Part shown: piece by piece, positions 31,663 through 39,854 of the stretch
Numbering within the stretch: position 1 is the first letter of the stretch
Layout: each line of letters begins with the position of its first letter
Position numbers and translations under genes: made by a program
NCBI GenBank assembly: GCA_963749075.1
Contig: CAVVLJ010000023.1
Location: forward strand, 35,561-99,560
DNA: 64,000 bases
Direction of reading: 5' to 3'
DNA from: an uncultured Pseudomonadota bacterium
Lineage (GTDB): Bacteria > Pseudomonadota > Alphaproteobacteria > JACZXZ01
The notes under the pieces: model-generated
What the model saw: the letters and a program-made list of their open reading frames with translations, nothing else
Database searches by the model: none
Told to the model about the DNA's origin: nothing

Positions 31663-32697
31663 ATGACGGAGCCGCGAGCGGCTGCGGCCGGCGAGGGCAG
31701 CCCGGTGCTCGAGGTCGACGACCTCTCTACGCACGTCTTCCTGCGTGGTGCCGTCGTGCGCGCGGTCGACGGCTTCTCCTGCAAGCTCGCCAAGGGCGAG
31801 ACGCTCGGCGTGGTCGGGGAGTCCGGCTGCGGCAAGAGCATGACGGCGCTCTCCATCCTGCGCCTCGTGCCCAATCCGCCCGCGCGCATCGTCCGCGGCG
31901 CCGTCCGCTTCCAGGGCCGCGACCTCCTGCCGCTCGCGGAAGCCGAGATGCGCAGGATCCGCGGCAACGAGATCTCGATGATCTTCCAGGAGCCGATGAC
32001 CTCGCTCAATCCGCTGATGACGGTGGGGCGGCAGATCAGCGAATCGATCGTGCTGCACCAGGGCCTCTCGCGCCGCGATGCCTGGGAGAAGGCCGTCGAG
32101 ATGCTGCGCCTGGTGCACCTCTCCGAGCCCGAGCGCCGGGCGCGCGATTTTCCCTATCAGATGTCGGGCGGCATGCGTCAGCGCGTGATGATCGCGATGG
32201 CGCTAGCCTGCAATCCCAAGATTCTCCTGGCCGACGAGCCGACCACGGCGCTCGACGTGACGATTCAGGCGCAGATCCTGCGCCTCATCGCGGAGCTCAG
32301 CGAGAAGCTCGGAACCGCGATCATGCTCATCACCCACGACCTCGGCGTCATCGCCGAGCACGCCGACCGCGTGGCGGTGATGTATGCCGGACGGAAGGTG
32401 GAGGAGGCGGAGGTGGGCGAGCTCTTTGCGGCGAGCTGCCATCCCTACACCAAGGGACTGCTCGCCTCGGTCCCGCGCGTCGATCGCGGGGCCGATGCCG
32501 TCGGCCGCCGCCGGCTGAGCGAGATCAAGGGCAGCATTCCGGGCCCCGACGATCTGCCGCCCGGCTGCCGCTTCGAGCCGCGCTGCCCCTTCGCCAGCGA
32601 CGCCTGCCGCGAGGCCTATCCGCCGCTCGAGGAGAAGCGGCCGGGCCATTGGGCCGCCTGCTGGCATGCCGACCGCGTGCTTGAGGCCGGCGCATGA
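31663..32697 (+). CDS. ABC transporter ATP-binding protein (DppD/OppD-type)
   Basis: [34 protein letters not shown], and a C-terminal oligopeptide-type CxxxxRC motif. Start ATG at 31663 is chosen; upstream ATGs exist. Confidence 0.88.
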   Translation: MTEPRAAAAGEGSPVLEVDDLSTHVFLRGAVVRAVDGFSCKLAKGETLGVVGESGCGKSMTALSILRLVPNPPARIVRGAVRFQGRDLLPLAEAEMRRIRGNEISMIFQEPMTSLNPLMTVGRQISESIVLHQGLSRRDAWEKAVEMLRLVHLSEPERRARDFPYQMSGGMRQRVMIAMALACNPKILLADEPTTALDVTIQAQILRLIAELSEKLGTAIMLITHDLGVIAEHADRVAVMYAGRKVEEAEVGELFAASCHPYTKGLLASVPRVDRGADAVGRRRLSEIKGSIPGPDDLPPGCRFEPRCPFASDACREAYPPLEEKRPGHWAACWHADRVLEAGA

Positions 32698-33699
32698 GCG
32701 GGCCGGGCGTAGCCCCCGGCACCGCGAGCGCGCCGCCGCCGACGCTCGAGGTGCGCGACCTCGCCAAGCATTTTCCCATCCGCAAGGGCGTGCTCTCGCG
32801 CAAGTCGGGCGTCGTCCGCGCGGTCGACGGCATCTCGCTCTCGCTTCGCCGCGGCGAGACCCTCGGCCTCGTGGGCGAGAGCGGCTGCGGCAAGTCGACC
32901 GCCGGCAAGGCCATCCTCAAGCTGATCGAGCCGACGGGCGGCACCATCAAGCTCCTCGGCAGGGACATCACGCGGATGAGCAAGGCCGAGCTGCGCCCCC
33001 TCAGGCGCGAGATGCAGATGATCTTCCAGGACCCCTACTCGTCGCTCAATCCGCGCATGTCGGCGGGGGAGATCGTGGCGGAGCCGCTCGGCGTCCACCG
33101 CATCGCCGCAGGCCGCGAGAAGGCGGAGCGCGTGGCCGCGCTCTTCGAGCGGGTGGGGCTGCGCGCCGAGCAGATGGCGGATTTTCCCCAGCGCTTCTCC
33201 GGCGGCCAGCGCCAGCGCATCGGCATCGCGCGTGCGCTCGCCGTGGGCCCGCGGCTCATCGTCGCCGACGAGGCGGTCTCCTCGCTCGAACGTCTCGATC
33301 CAGGCCCAGGTGATCAATCTCCTCATGGACCTGCAGGACGAGTACGAGCTCTCCTACCTCTTCATCGCGCACGACCTCGCGGTGATCCAGCACATCAGCC
33401 ACCGCATCGCCGTGATGTATCTCGGCCGCATCGTCGAGCTCGCCGACAAGCGGGCACTCTTCACAGCACCCCTGCATCCCTACACGGAGGCGCTGCTCTC
33501 CGCCTCGCCCGTTCCCAATCCGGCGGCGCGGCGGCGCGATCAGATCATTCTCGCGGGCGAGGTGCCGAGCCCCATCACGCCGCCGAGCGGCTGCCACTTC
33601 CACACGCGCTGCCCCTATGCGCGCGAGGAGTGCCGCGAGGTGGCGCCGCTTTTGCGCGAGATCAGGCCCGGACATTGGGCGGCCTGCCACCTGCGCTGA
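32694..33699 (+). pseudogene. ABC transporter ATP-binding protein (DppF/OppF-type) with a +1 frameshift at ~33289
   Basis: Walker [10 protein letters not shown] and [15 protein letters not shown]...[10 protein letters not shown] are read in frame 3. Walker-B-distal (D)[15 protein letters not shown]...[11 protein letters not shown] continues in frame 1 (ORF 33232..33699). CTCGAACGTC stands where CTCGACGTC is expected. Confidence 0.7.
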
Positions 33700-33705
33700 G
33701 CTCTC

Positions 33706-34659
33706 TCAGGCGAGCGTCTCCGCCGGGGTGCGGGAGGCCGCGGCCGGCGCCGGGCCGGTCCGCTCGAAGCAGCCGAGGACCCAGTCGCGGAAGGCGAGCA
33801 CGCGCTCCGAGCACTTCGCCTCGGTCATCAGAAAATAATAGCCCTTGGCCGTGGTCATGGCGGCGTCGAGCGGACGCACGAGCCGGCCCTCCCTCAAGAG
33901 GTCGTCCGTCAAAAGGTTCCAGCCGAGTGCGATGCCCTGTCCCCCGCAGGCGGCCTGGAGGAGGAGGGGATGGCTGTTCATCTTGAGGCTCACGTGGTCG
34001 GTGTAGCCGGTGATGCCCTGCTCGGCGAACCACACCGGCCAGTCGATGAGGTCCGGGCGGTCGTCGTCGATCGAGAGCAGGGTCTCGCCGAACAGCTGCT
34101 CGACGCTAGTGAGGTGCTGCCGCCCGCGGAGATAGGCGGGGCTGCACACCGGAAAGACGCGGCCCGGCAGCAAAAGCGTCGCCTTGAAACCCGGCCAGGG
34201 CCCGGTGCCGAAGGCGATGCCCGCGTCAACCTGGTCCGCCACCTTTTGGAAGCCGCGGTCGGTCGCCACGATCTGCACCTCGATCTCGGGGTGGAGCGCT
34301 CTGAACCGGGGGAGGCGTGGGATGAGCCAATAGGTGGCGACCGCGAAGGTGACGCCGATGGCGATGCCCACGGGCCAGCTGCCGCCACGCAGATCGTCGG
34401 CCGCGTTGGCGACGTGCTCGAAGGCCATGGCGGCGGCGCGGTAGAGGCGGCTGCCGGCCCGCGTGAGCTCGAGCCCTCGGTGGAGGCGCCGGAAGAGGGC
34501 GATACCGAGCTCGCGCTCGAGCGCGCGCACCTGCTGGCTCACCGCCGCCTGGGTCACGCCGTGCTCCCGTGCCGCGAGCGTGAAGCTCGAATGGCGCGCC
34601 GCCGCCTCGAACATCAGCAGCGCCGAGAGCCGCGGAAGCCGGGTGAGAAGATCAGCCAT
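33706..34659 (-). CDS. LysR family transcriptional regulator (GcvA-like)
   Basis: [65 protein letters not shown] at 34659 lies inside ORF 33706..34881. Confidence 0.88.
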   Translation of the reverse strand: MADLLTRLPRLSALLMFEAAARHSSFTLAAREHGVTQAAVSQQVRALERELGIALFRRLHRGLELTRAGSRLYRAAAMAFEHVANAADDLRGGSWPVGIAIGVTFAVATYWLIPRLPRFRALHPEIEVQIVATDRGFQKVADQVDAGIAFGTGPWPGFKATLLLPGRVFPVCSPAYLRGRQHLTSVEQLFGETLLSIDDDRPDLIDWPVWFAEQGITGYTDHVSLKMNSHPLLLQAACGGQGIALGWNLLTDDLLREGRLVRPLDAAMTTAKGYYFLMTEAKCSERVLAFRDWVLGCFERTGPAPAAASRTPAETLA

Positions 34660-34976
34660 CGCCGTGCCAAGCCTCGCCACCGAAAGGGAACATCGCAGTA
34701 TCGCACGAGCCGCATTGTGCGGGCGCGAAAACTCTATCTCGTAGCAGGCGCTTCGTCCAGCCGGCGCCCGCGTAGGCTCTCCATAGGGCCCCGTCCTACC
34801 GACCGTCAATGAGGTCAGGGGCGAGCTACGGGGTCTTAAGCACCGCAGCGCTGCTGTTGGAACGCTCATAGCGACGCGCATATTCGCAAGGACCTACGGA
34901 GCCACCCGCGCCGAAGTGGCGGTCAGCGTTGAGGATTGTTGCCAATGATGCTGGCTCATCGGGTCGAGCGGTGCAC

Positions 34977-35392
34977 CTACGGCAATGGGAACGAATGACG
35001 AAGTGACAGCCTGCGATCAATCGTTCGGATGAGTTGTACGTACGAGCCGTTCCGGATGTTCGGTACTCCTACATTTTTTGTCACCCAGATAGCGCCACCG
35101 GTCTGGGCCACCGTCCAAGTTGATATGCCACCCTCGGGATCATCGATTTGAATTTGCCCGATCGGAAGCTTCACGGTCCTGGGAAATCTCAGCGATCGGT
35201 CAGCCGCTGAGTAGGTGCTAAAGCCCAAATGTTCCGAGATTACCTCGAGAGTACCATCGACCTCGACGGCATCGACTCCAGCGCGGGATTGAAAAACTGA
35301 CACAGTGAGCATCTGAATGTCGTGGGAACGAAGAGCAATGTCCCATTTGGCCAGCCGCTTGTTGGCGACCACGAGCACACTGCGCGGCACTA
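34977..35392 (-). pseudogene. 3' fragment of an ORF interrupted by the IS element (unknown function)
   Basis: A 138-codon open frame in low-G+C DNA. The apparent start codon of ORF 34977..35408 lies inside the IS left end. The frame is continuous with fragment 36217-36396 if the IS and one TA are removed. Confidence 0.45.
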
Positions 35393-36216
35393 GGGTCTGT
35401 ACCCGCATAATGTCTTGAAAAAGTTGTCCGAATGTGATTCACCGTGGTTGGAGGTGGATCATGCGGTTTGATTTGAGCGACGAGGAATGGGCGGTTCTTG
35501 AGCCGTTGATGCCGGGCCTTCGCAAGAAGGCGCGAGAGGATGATCGCCGGATCATGAATGGCATCTTCTACGTGCTGCGCACCGGCATGCCGTGGCGAGA
35601 TTTGCCGGAGCGCTATGGGCCTTGCACGACGGTCTACAATCGCTTCAACCGCTGGTCTCGCCGCGGCATCTGGAAGCGGATTTTCGACGCGCTGGCCGCG
35701 ACATCGCACGATAGCCTCTATCTGATCGACAGCACCATCGTGAAAGCGCATCGCGCGGCGAGCGGCGCAAAAGGGGGGAGAAAAATCAGGCGATCGGTAT
35801 TAGCCGGGGCGGGCGCAGCACGAAGATCCATGCGGTCGTCGACGGCAAAGGCCGCCCGCTGAACTTCATCGTCACGGGCGCACAGGTCCATGACAGCCAA
35901 GTCGTCGAAGCGGTGCTGGACACGCCCAAGCCGCCCCTCGCCGTCGCGGCCGACAAGGCTTATGACAGCCAAAAGGTCCGCCAGCAGATCAGGGACGAAG
36001 GTGCCTTGCCCGTCATCCCCAGCCGCAGCAATGCCACCAAGAAAGCCTATTGTCCCAAGCGCATCTATCGCAGGCGCCACAAGATCGAAAATTACTTCTG
36101 CCGCATCAAGGATTGGCGGCGCATCGCAACCCGATACGACAAGCTGGCCAGAAACTTCCTTGCCGCCGCAGCCCTCGTCGGAGCACTCTACTGGATCAAA
36201 TTGTGAGTCCAGACCC
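35393..36216 (+). mobile_element. IS5-family insertion sequence (IS427-like group), 824 bp
   Basis: Imperfect terminal inverted repeats GGGTCTGTACCCGCATAATG / CAAATTGTGAGTCCAGACCC (14 of 20 match). TA flanks both ends. Two overlapping transposase frames. Confidence 0.85.
35461..36206 (+). CDS. IS5-family DDE transposase, orfA-orfB joined by -1 programmed frameshift near 35768-35785
   Basis: OrfA is MRFDLSDEEWAVLEPLMP...IMNGIFYVLRTGMPWRDLPERYGP...STIVKAHRAASGAKGG. The -1 frame continues EKNQAIGISRGGRSTKIHAVVDGKGRPLNFIVTGAQVHDSQ...ADKAYDS...RRHKIENYFCRIKDWRRIATRYDK. The slippery stretch is CAAAAGGGGGGAGAAAAA. Confidence 0.8.
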
Positions 36217-36396
36217 TAATGGAAAGGGCGGCGAAGTGAGAATGAGATTCACCTTGCCTCGAGCTCGAGCTAGTTCGTGGTGACTAAGGGCATCTTCGAT
36301 GGTCCCACTGATCATCTTACCGAGGTTAGTGCGGTATGCACGTGTGACCTCTCCGTTGCGACGCTTAGCTTTCGGCCTTAGCGAACTCTCTGGCAA
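36217..36396 (-). pseudogene. 5' fragment of the IS-interrupted ORF; carries a DNA-methyltransferase motif-IV-like TSPPF
   Basis: ...RTNLGKMISGTIEDALSHHELARARGKVNLILTSPPFPL resembles N-termini of N4/N6 DNA methyltransferases (cf. the TSPPFAL motif of M.PvuII). Start is either TTG at 36396 or the internal ATG. Confidence 0.45.
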
Positions 36397-36853
36397 GTGT
36401 CGCTCCGCGTAATAAGGTTATCCGATGGGGTGGGGCGGACGGATCGTATCCGATATTTTTCAGGCGTCGACCGTAGTGGTGCTCGCGTACCTAGAATAGC
36501 ATTGAGTAGGTTCTCGCAAAAGGGAGGGCGTTCATCAAGGCGCTGCTGGGTCGGGGCGAGCATGGGCCTCAGACGTTGTGGTTCGAGGAAGATCGATTTC
36601 GAGGAGACGAGTAAAGTGCCATGGGCCCGACGTGGGAAATTGCCAATGTCGCACGCATGGTGGATGACCGGCAGGCGACGCGGGAAGCAGCATGAGCGTT
36701 GAAAAGCATTGAGTTTACTGCCCGATTATCCTATTGTCTAGAACAAATAAGGAACTCTGGTCCCTGCGAACACTATAGGTAGTGGCTATTATGGATTTCT
36801 TTCACAAAATGTGACAGGGTAAGATGCGGATGCGTCGGGCAAGGGGGACTGCG

Positions 36854-37087
36854 ATGCGAATAAAAATCACTAAGCGTGAGGAAGGATCGATTCCGTCGGA
36901 GACAGTCGTTACGATTCTGACGACGCGCGGACCGGAAGAAGTTGTCGTCCACGCCACCCAAGCGTCAGCGGCCAGTGTCGAGGCTGGTTATATCGGCGAG
37001 AAGGATGATCAGGTCCTGGTAGAACTTCCTCGCGAGACCCTCTCCGGTCGGTGGAGAGTGTGGGTGCCCAAAACAGCGGTCGCATAA
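36854..37087 (+). CDS. Hypothetical 77-aa protein (partner ORF of the Dcd-like gene)
   Basis: ATG at 36854 lies 6 nt after AAGGGGGA. MRIKITKREEGSIPSETVVTILTTRGPEEVVVHATQ...VLVELPRETLSGRWRVWVPKTAVA. The ORF is intact in stop-rich low-G+C DNA and ends 26 nt before the next gene. Confidence 0.5.
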   Translation: MRIKITKREEGSIPSETVVTILTTRGPEEVVVHATQASAASVEAGYIGEKDDQVLVELPRETLSGRWRVWVPKTAVA

Positions 37088-37113
37088 TCGGTTCAGCCCA
37101 GGGGAAGGGGCCG

Positions 37114-37650
37114 ATGATACTGACGGATCGTGAAATCCAAATTTTCATCGCGAACAAACAGATTACGATCGATCCCGAGCCGTCGATAGATGCCTACAGC
37201 TCCACTAGCCTCGACCTCACCCTCGGTGAAAGGGGAGAAATTTGGAAGGACCTGCCCGGTCAACCGATCCAACCCGATGCTAAGGGCTATAATTTCAGGC
37301 AATTGGCGGCGCGAAGAGACAAGGTTGCGCTGGACGGATTCCCCTTCAAATCGAAAGCTTTGCTCCTTGCGTGGACGCGTGAGACCGTAGACCTGCCTTA
37401 TACGTCTCGCATCGCTGCCAGGGTCGAAGGCAAAAGCGGATTGGCGCGCTTAGGAATGTTAATTCACATGACCGCGCCCACGATCCACGCGGGGTTCAAA
37501 GGCCAGATACAATTGGAAATGTACAACCTCGGCCCCTATGACGTTATTCTCGACGCCGGCATGCCAATTTGCCAATTGATTTTTGAAATAACATTCGGAA
37601 CGCCTGCAAAGGGCTATGTCGGCCAATTCGCGGGACAAGCGGCAAGATAG
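37114..37650 (+). CDS. dCTP deaminase-family protein (stand-alone, 178 aa)
   Basis: MILTDREIQIFIANKQITIDP..., EGKSGLARLGMLIHMTAPTIHAGFKGQIQLEMYNLGP aligns by eye with E. coli Dcd [43 protein letters not shown] RBS. Confidence 0.85.
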   Translation: MILTDREIQIFIANKQITIDPEPSIDAYSSTSLDLTLGERGEIWKDLPGQPIQPDAKGYNFRQLAARRDKVALDGFPFKSKALLLAWTRETVDLPYTSRIAARVEGKSGLARLGMLIHMTAPTIHAGFKGQIQLEMYNLGPYDVILDAGMPICQLIFEITFGTPAKGYVGQFAGQAAR

Positions 37651-37983
37651 CAATTCAGCTACTCCAGCTTTCGCTTTCACATCGGCCCACCACCGTCCGG
37701 CCGGGAGCGTGCCCGGCCCACCCGCCTCCGGAAAGCCCTGCTTGGTCATGGACCCGCTCCCCATCTTTCATTGCAGCTGTCCCATTGCTGGGCTAGTGTC
37801 CCGGCCGCAAAGCGCCCCGTTGCGCGCCGATAGCGGGACGATCCCGCTCCTCGATCGGCGAGCAGTCTCGGGTACGGACTCCCAGTCACGCGGCTCGGCA
37901 GGCTCAAGGCGCACGGGACTCGGTGCGGCGGCCAGGCGGCTTCGCTCAACGCGAAAGGCCCGCGATCTCGAAAGGAAAACGCA

Positions 37984-38988
37984 GTGCTCAAGCTCGGGTA
38001 CAAGGCGTCGGCGGAGCAATTCGGGCCGCGCGAGCTCTTGAAGTTCTCCTGCCAGGCGGAGGCGTCGGGCTTCGACTCCGTCTTCGTCAGCGACCATTTC
38101 CAGCCCTGGCGCCACCACGGCGGCCACGCGCCCTATTCCTTCGCCTGGCTCGGGGCGCTCGGCGCCAGCACCTCGCGCGTCGTCCTCGGCACCAGCGTGG
38201 TGACGCCGACCTTCCGCTACCACCCCTCCATCGTGGCGCAAGCCGTGGGGACGCTCGCCGTGATGTTCCCGGGCCGCGTCATCCTCGGCGTCGGCACCGG
38301 CGAATCGCTCAATGAGGTGCCGGCCCTCGGCATGAAGTGGCCGGGCTTCAAGGAGCGCCACGGCCGGCTCAAGGAGGCGATCGAGCTCATCAAGCAGCTC
38401 CTCTCCGGCGAGCGCATCAGCTACGAGGGCGCTTATTATCGCACCGCCAATGCCACGATCTACGACCGCCCGGAGGCGCCGGTGCCGATCTACGTCGCGG
38501 CCTCGGGCCCGACCGCGGCCAAGCTCGCGGGCGAGGTCGCGGACGGCTTCATCTGCACGAGCGGCAAGGCGCCCGCCCTCTATAACGAGACGCTGCTGCC
38601 CAACGTCGAGGCCGGCCTCGCGGCCTCGGGGCGCGCCAAGGACGCCATCGAGCGCATGATCGAGATGAAGGTCTCGTTCGACCACGACCGCGCCCGCGCC
38701 ATGGAGGCGACGCGCCATTGGGCGGCACTCGCCCTCTCGCCTGAGGAGAAGACGGGGGTCGAGGACCCGATCGAGATGGAGCGCCTCGCCGACGCGCTGC
38801 CGCTCGAGCGGGCGGCAAGCCGCTGGATCGTCTCGACCGATCCCGAGGAGCACATCGAGAAGCTCAAGCCCTATCTCGATCTCGGCTTCAACCATCTCGT
38901 CTTCCATGCGCCCGGCCCCGACCAGGAGCATTTCCTCCGCCTCTATGGCGCCGAGGTGCTGCCTCGCCTGCGTCAGCGCTTCGGCTGA
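37984..38988 (+). CDS. fgd: F420-dependent glucose-6-phosphate dehydrogenase
   Basis: LKLGYKASAEQFGPRELL...SVFVSDHFQPWRHHGGHAPYSFAWLGALG...GVGTGESLNE...RWIVSTDPEEHIEK...NHLVFHAPGPDQ follows M. tuberculosis Fgd1 almost motif for motif. GTG start after AAAGGA. Confidence 0.92.
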   Translation: MLKLGYKASAEQFGPRELLKFSCQAEASGFDSVFVSDHFQPWRHHGGHAPYSFAWLGALGASTSRVVLGTSVVTPTFRYHPSIVAQAVGTLAVMFPGRVILGVGTGESLNEVPALGMKWPGFKERHGRLKEAIELIKQLLSGERISYEGAYYRTANATIYDRPEAPVPIYVAASGPTAAKLAGEVADGFICTSGKAPALYNETLLPNVEAGLAASGRAKDAIERMIEMKVSFDHDRARAMEATRHWAALALSPEEKTGVEDPIEMERLADALPLERAASRWIVSTDPEEHIEKLKPYLDLGFNHLVFHAPGPDQEHFLRLYGAEVLPRLRQRFG

Positions 38989-39083
38989 GCGGGCATCGCC
39001 GCCGCCCGTGCTTGCGTGCGGCCGAATTGCGCGACATGCTGCCGCCGCACGCGACCGCTGCTGAGGCTTGAGGCACGCCGCAG

Positions 39084-39854
39084 ATGGAACGCAACACGGT
39101 GAAGCTCGTGGCCGTGTCGGGGATGCCGCTCGTGGCGGCGGGCGACGATCTCGCGGCACTGGTGATCGCGGCGCTCGAGGCGGGCGGGCATGCCCCGGCC
39201 GACGGCGACGTGCTGGTGATCGCGCAGAAGGTGGTATCCAAGGCGGAAGGTCGCTATGTCGACTTGGCGTCGGTGCGGCCCTCGGAGCGCGCGCGAGAGC
39301 TTGCCGCGGCCGTCGACAAGGACCCGGCCATGATCGAGGTGGTGCTCTCGGAATCGCGGCGCGTGCTGCGCCACCGGCCGGGCGTGCTGATCGTCGAGCA
39401 TCGTCTCGGCTTCGTCATGGCCAATGCCGGGATCGATCACTCGAACGTGGAGCAGGGCGGGGGTCCGGGCCGCGTGCTCCTTTTGCCGCGCGATCCCGAT
39501 GCTGCCGCCGAAGCGTTGCGCCAGCGCCTCGCCGGCCACTTCGGCACGGCGCTCGCGGTCATCGTCAGCGACAGCTTCGGGCGCGCCTGGCGCAACGGGA
39601 CGGTGGGCGTGGCACTGGGTGCCGCCGGTCTGCCCGCACTCCTCGACCTGCGCGGCCGGCCCGATCTCTACGGCAATGCGTTGAGGGTGACGCAGACCGG
39701 CTTCGCCGACGAGATCGCCGCCGCAGCCTCGCTCCTCATGGGCCAGGCCGACGAGGGCCTGCCGGTCGTGCTCGTGCGCGGGCTCTCCTGGCAAGGTGCT
39801 GCGCTGCCGGCCGCGGCACTTGTGCGCAAGGCCGACGAGGATCTCTTCCGATGA
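39084..39854 (+). CDS. cofE: Coenzyme F420-0:L-glutamate ligase (stand-alone CofE, no nitroreductase domain)
   Basis: GDVLVIAQKVVSKAEGR...GFVMANAGIDHSNV...AVIVSDSFGRAWRNGTVGVALG...ADEIAAAASLLMGQADEGLPVVLVRG. 256 aa. Confidence 0.92.
   Translation: MERNTVKLVAVSGMPLVAAGDDLAALVIAALEAGGHAPADGDVLVIAQKVVSKAEGRYVDLASVRPSERARELAAAVDKDPAMIEVVLSESRRVLRHRPGVLIVEHRLGFVMANAGIDHSNVEQGGGPGRVLLLPRDPDAAAEALRQRLAGHFGTALAVIVSDSFGRAWRNGTVGVALGAAGLPALLDLRGRPDLYGNALRVTQTGFADEIAAAASLLMGQADEGLPVVLVRGLSWQGAALPAAALVRKADEDLFR

Noticed and set aside
34660-34976. Searched both islet borders (34660-34976 and 37651-37983) for a tRNA or tmRNA gene fragment, an integrase, or flanking direct repeats that would mark a classical genomic island.
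   Set aside because: I saw no cloverleaf-compatible sequence, no GGTTCGA-type T-arm, and no direct repeat of 10 nt or more between the two borders. The only hairpin with loop CGA (AGCGGGA-CGA-TCCCGCT, ~37840-37856) has the wrong loop size for a tRNA arm.
36397-36702. A 101-aa plus-strand ORF and a 61-aa minus-strand ORF (36378..36563) in the islet between the split ORF and the small ORF.
   Set aside because: Neither has an RBS. Both are Arg/Ser-rich with no motifs, and they overlap each other. I treat the region as non-coding (promoter or leader), although a small RNA cannot be excluded.
37114-37650. Considered that the Dcd-like gene is simply the housekeeping dcd.
   Set aside because: I have not fully rejected this. 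Against it are the composition (about 48% G+C in a 60-nt spot count), the IS and methyltransferase-remnant neighbours, and the IHAGF substitution in the IDPGW loop. It is reported as a finding with an explicit refutation test.
37697-37718. GGCCGGG-AGCGTG-CCCGGCC hairpin 50 nt after the Dcd-like stop, considered as an intrinsic terminator.
   Set aside because: The 7-bp stem is not followed by a T-tract. It is plausible but unsupported, so it is not listed as a feature.
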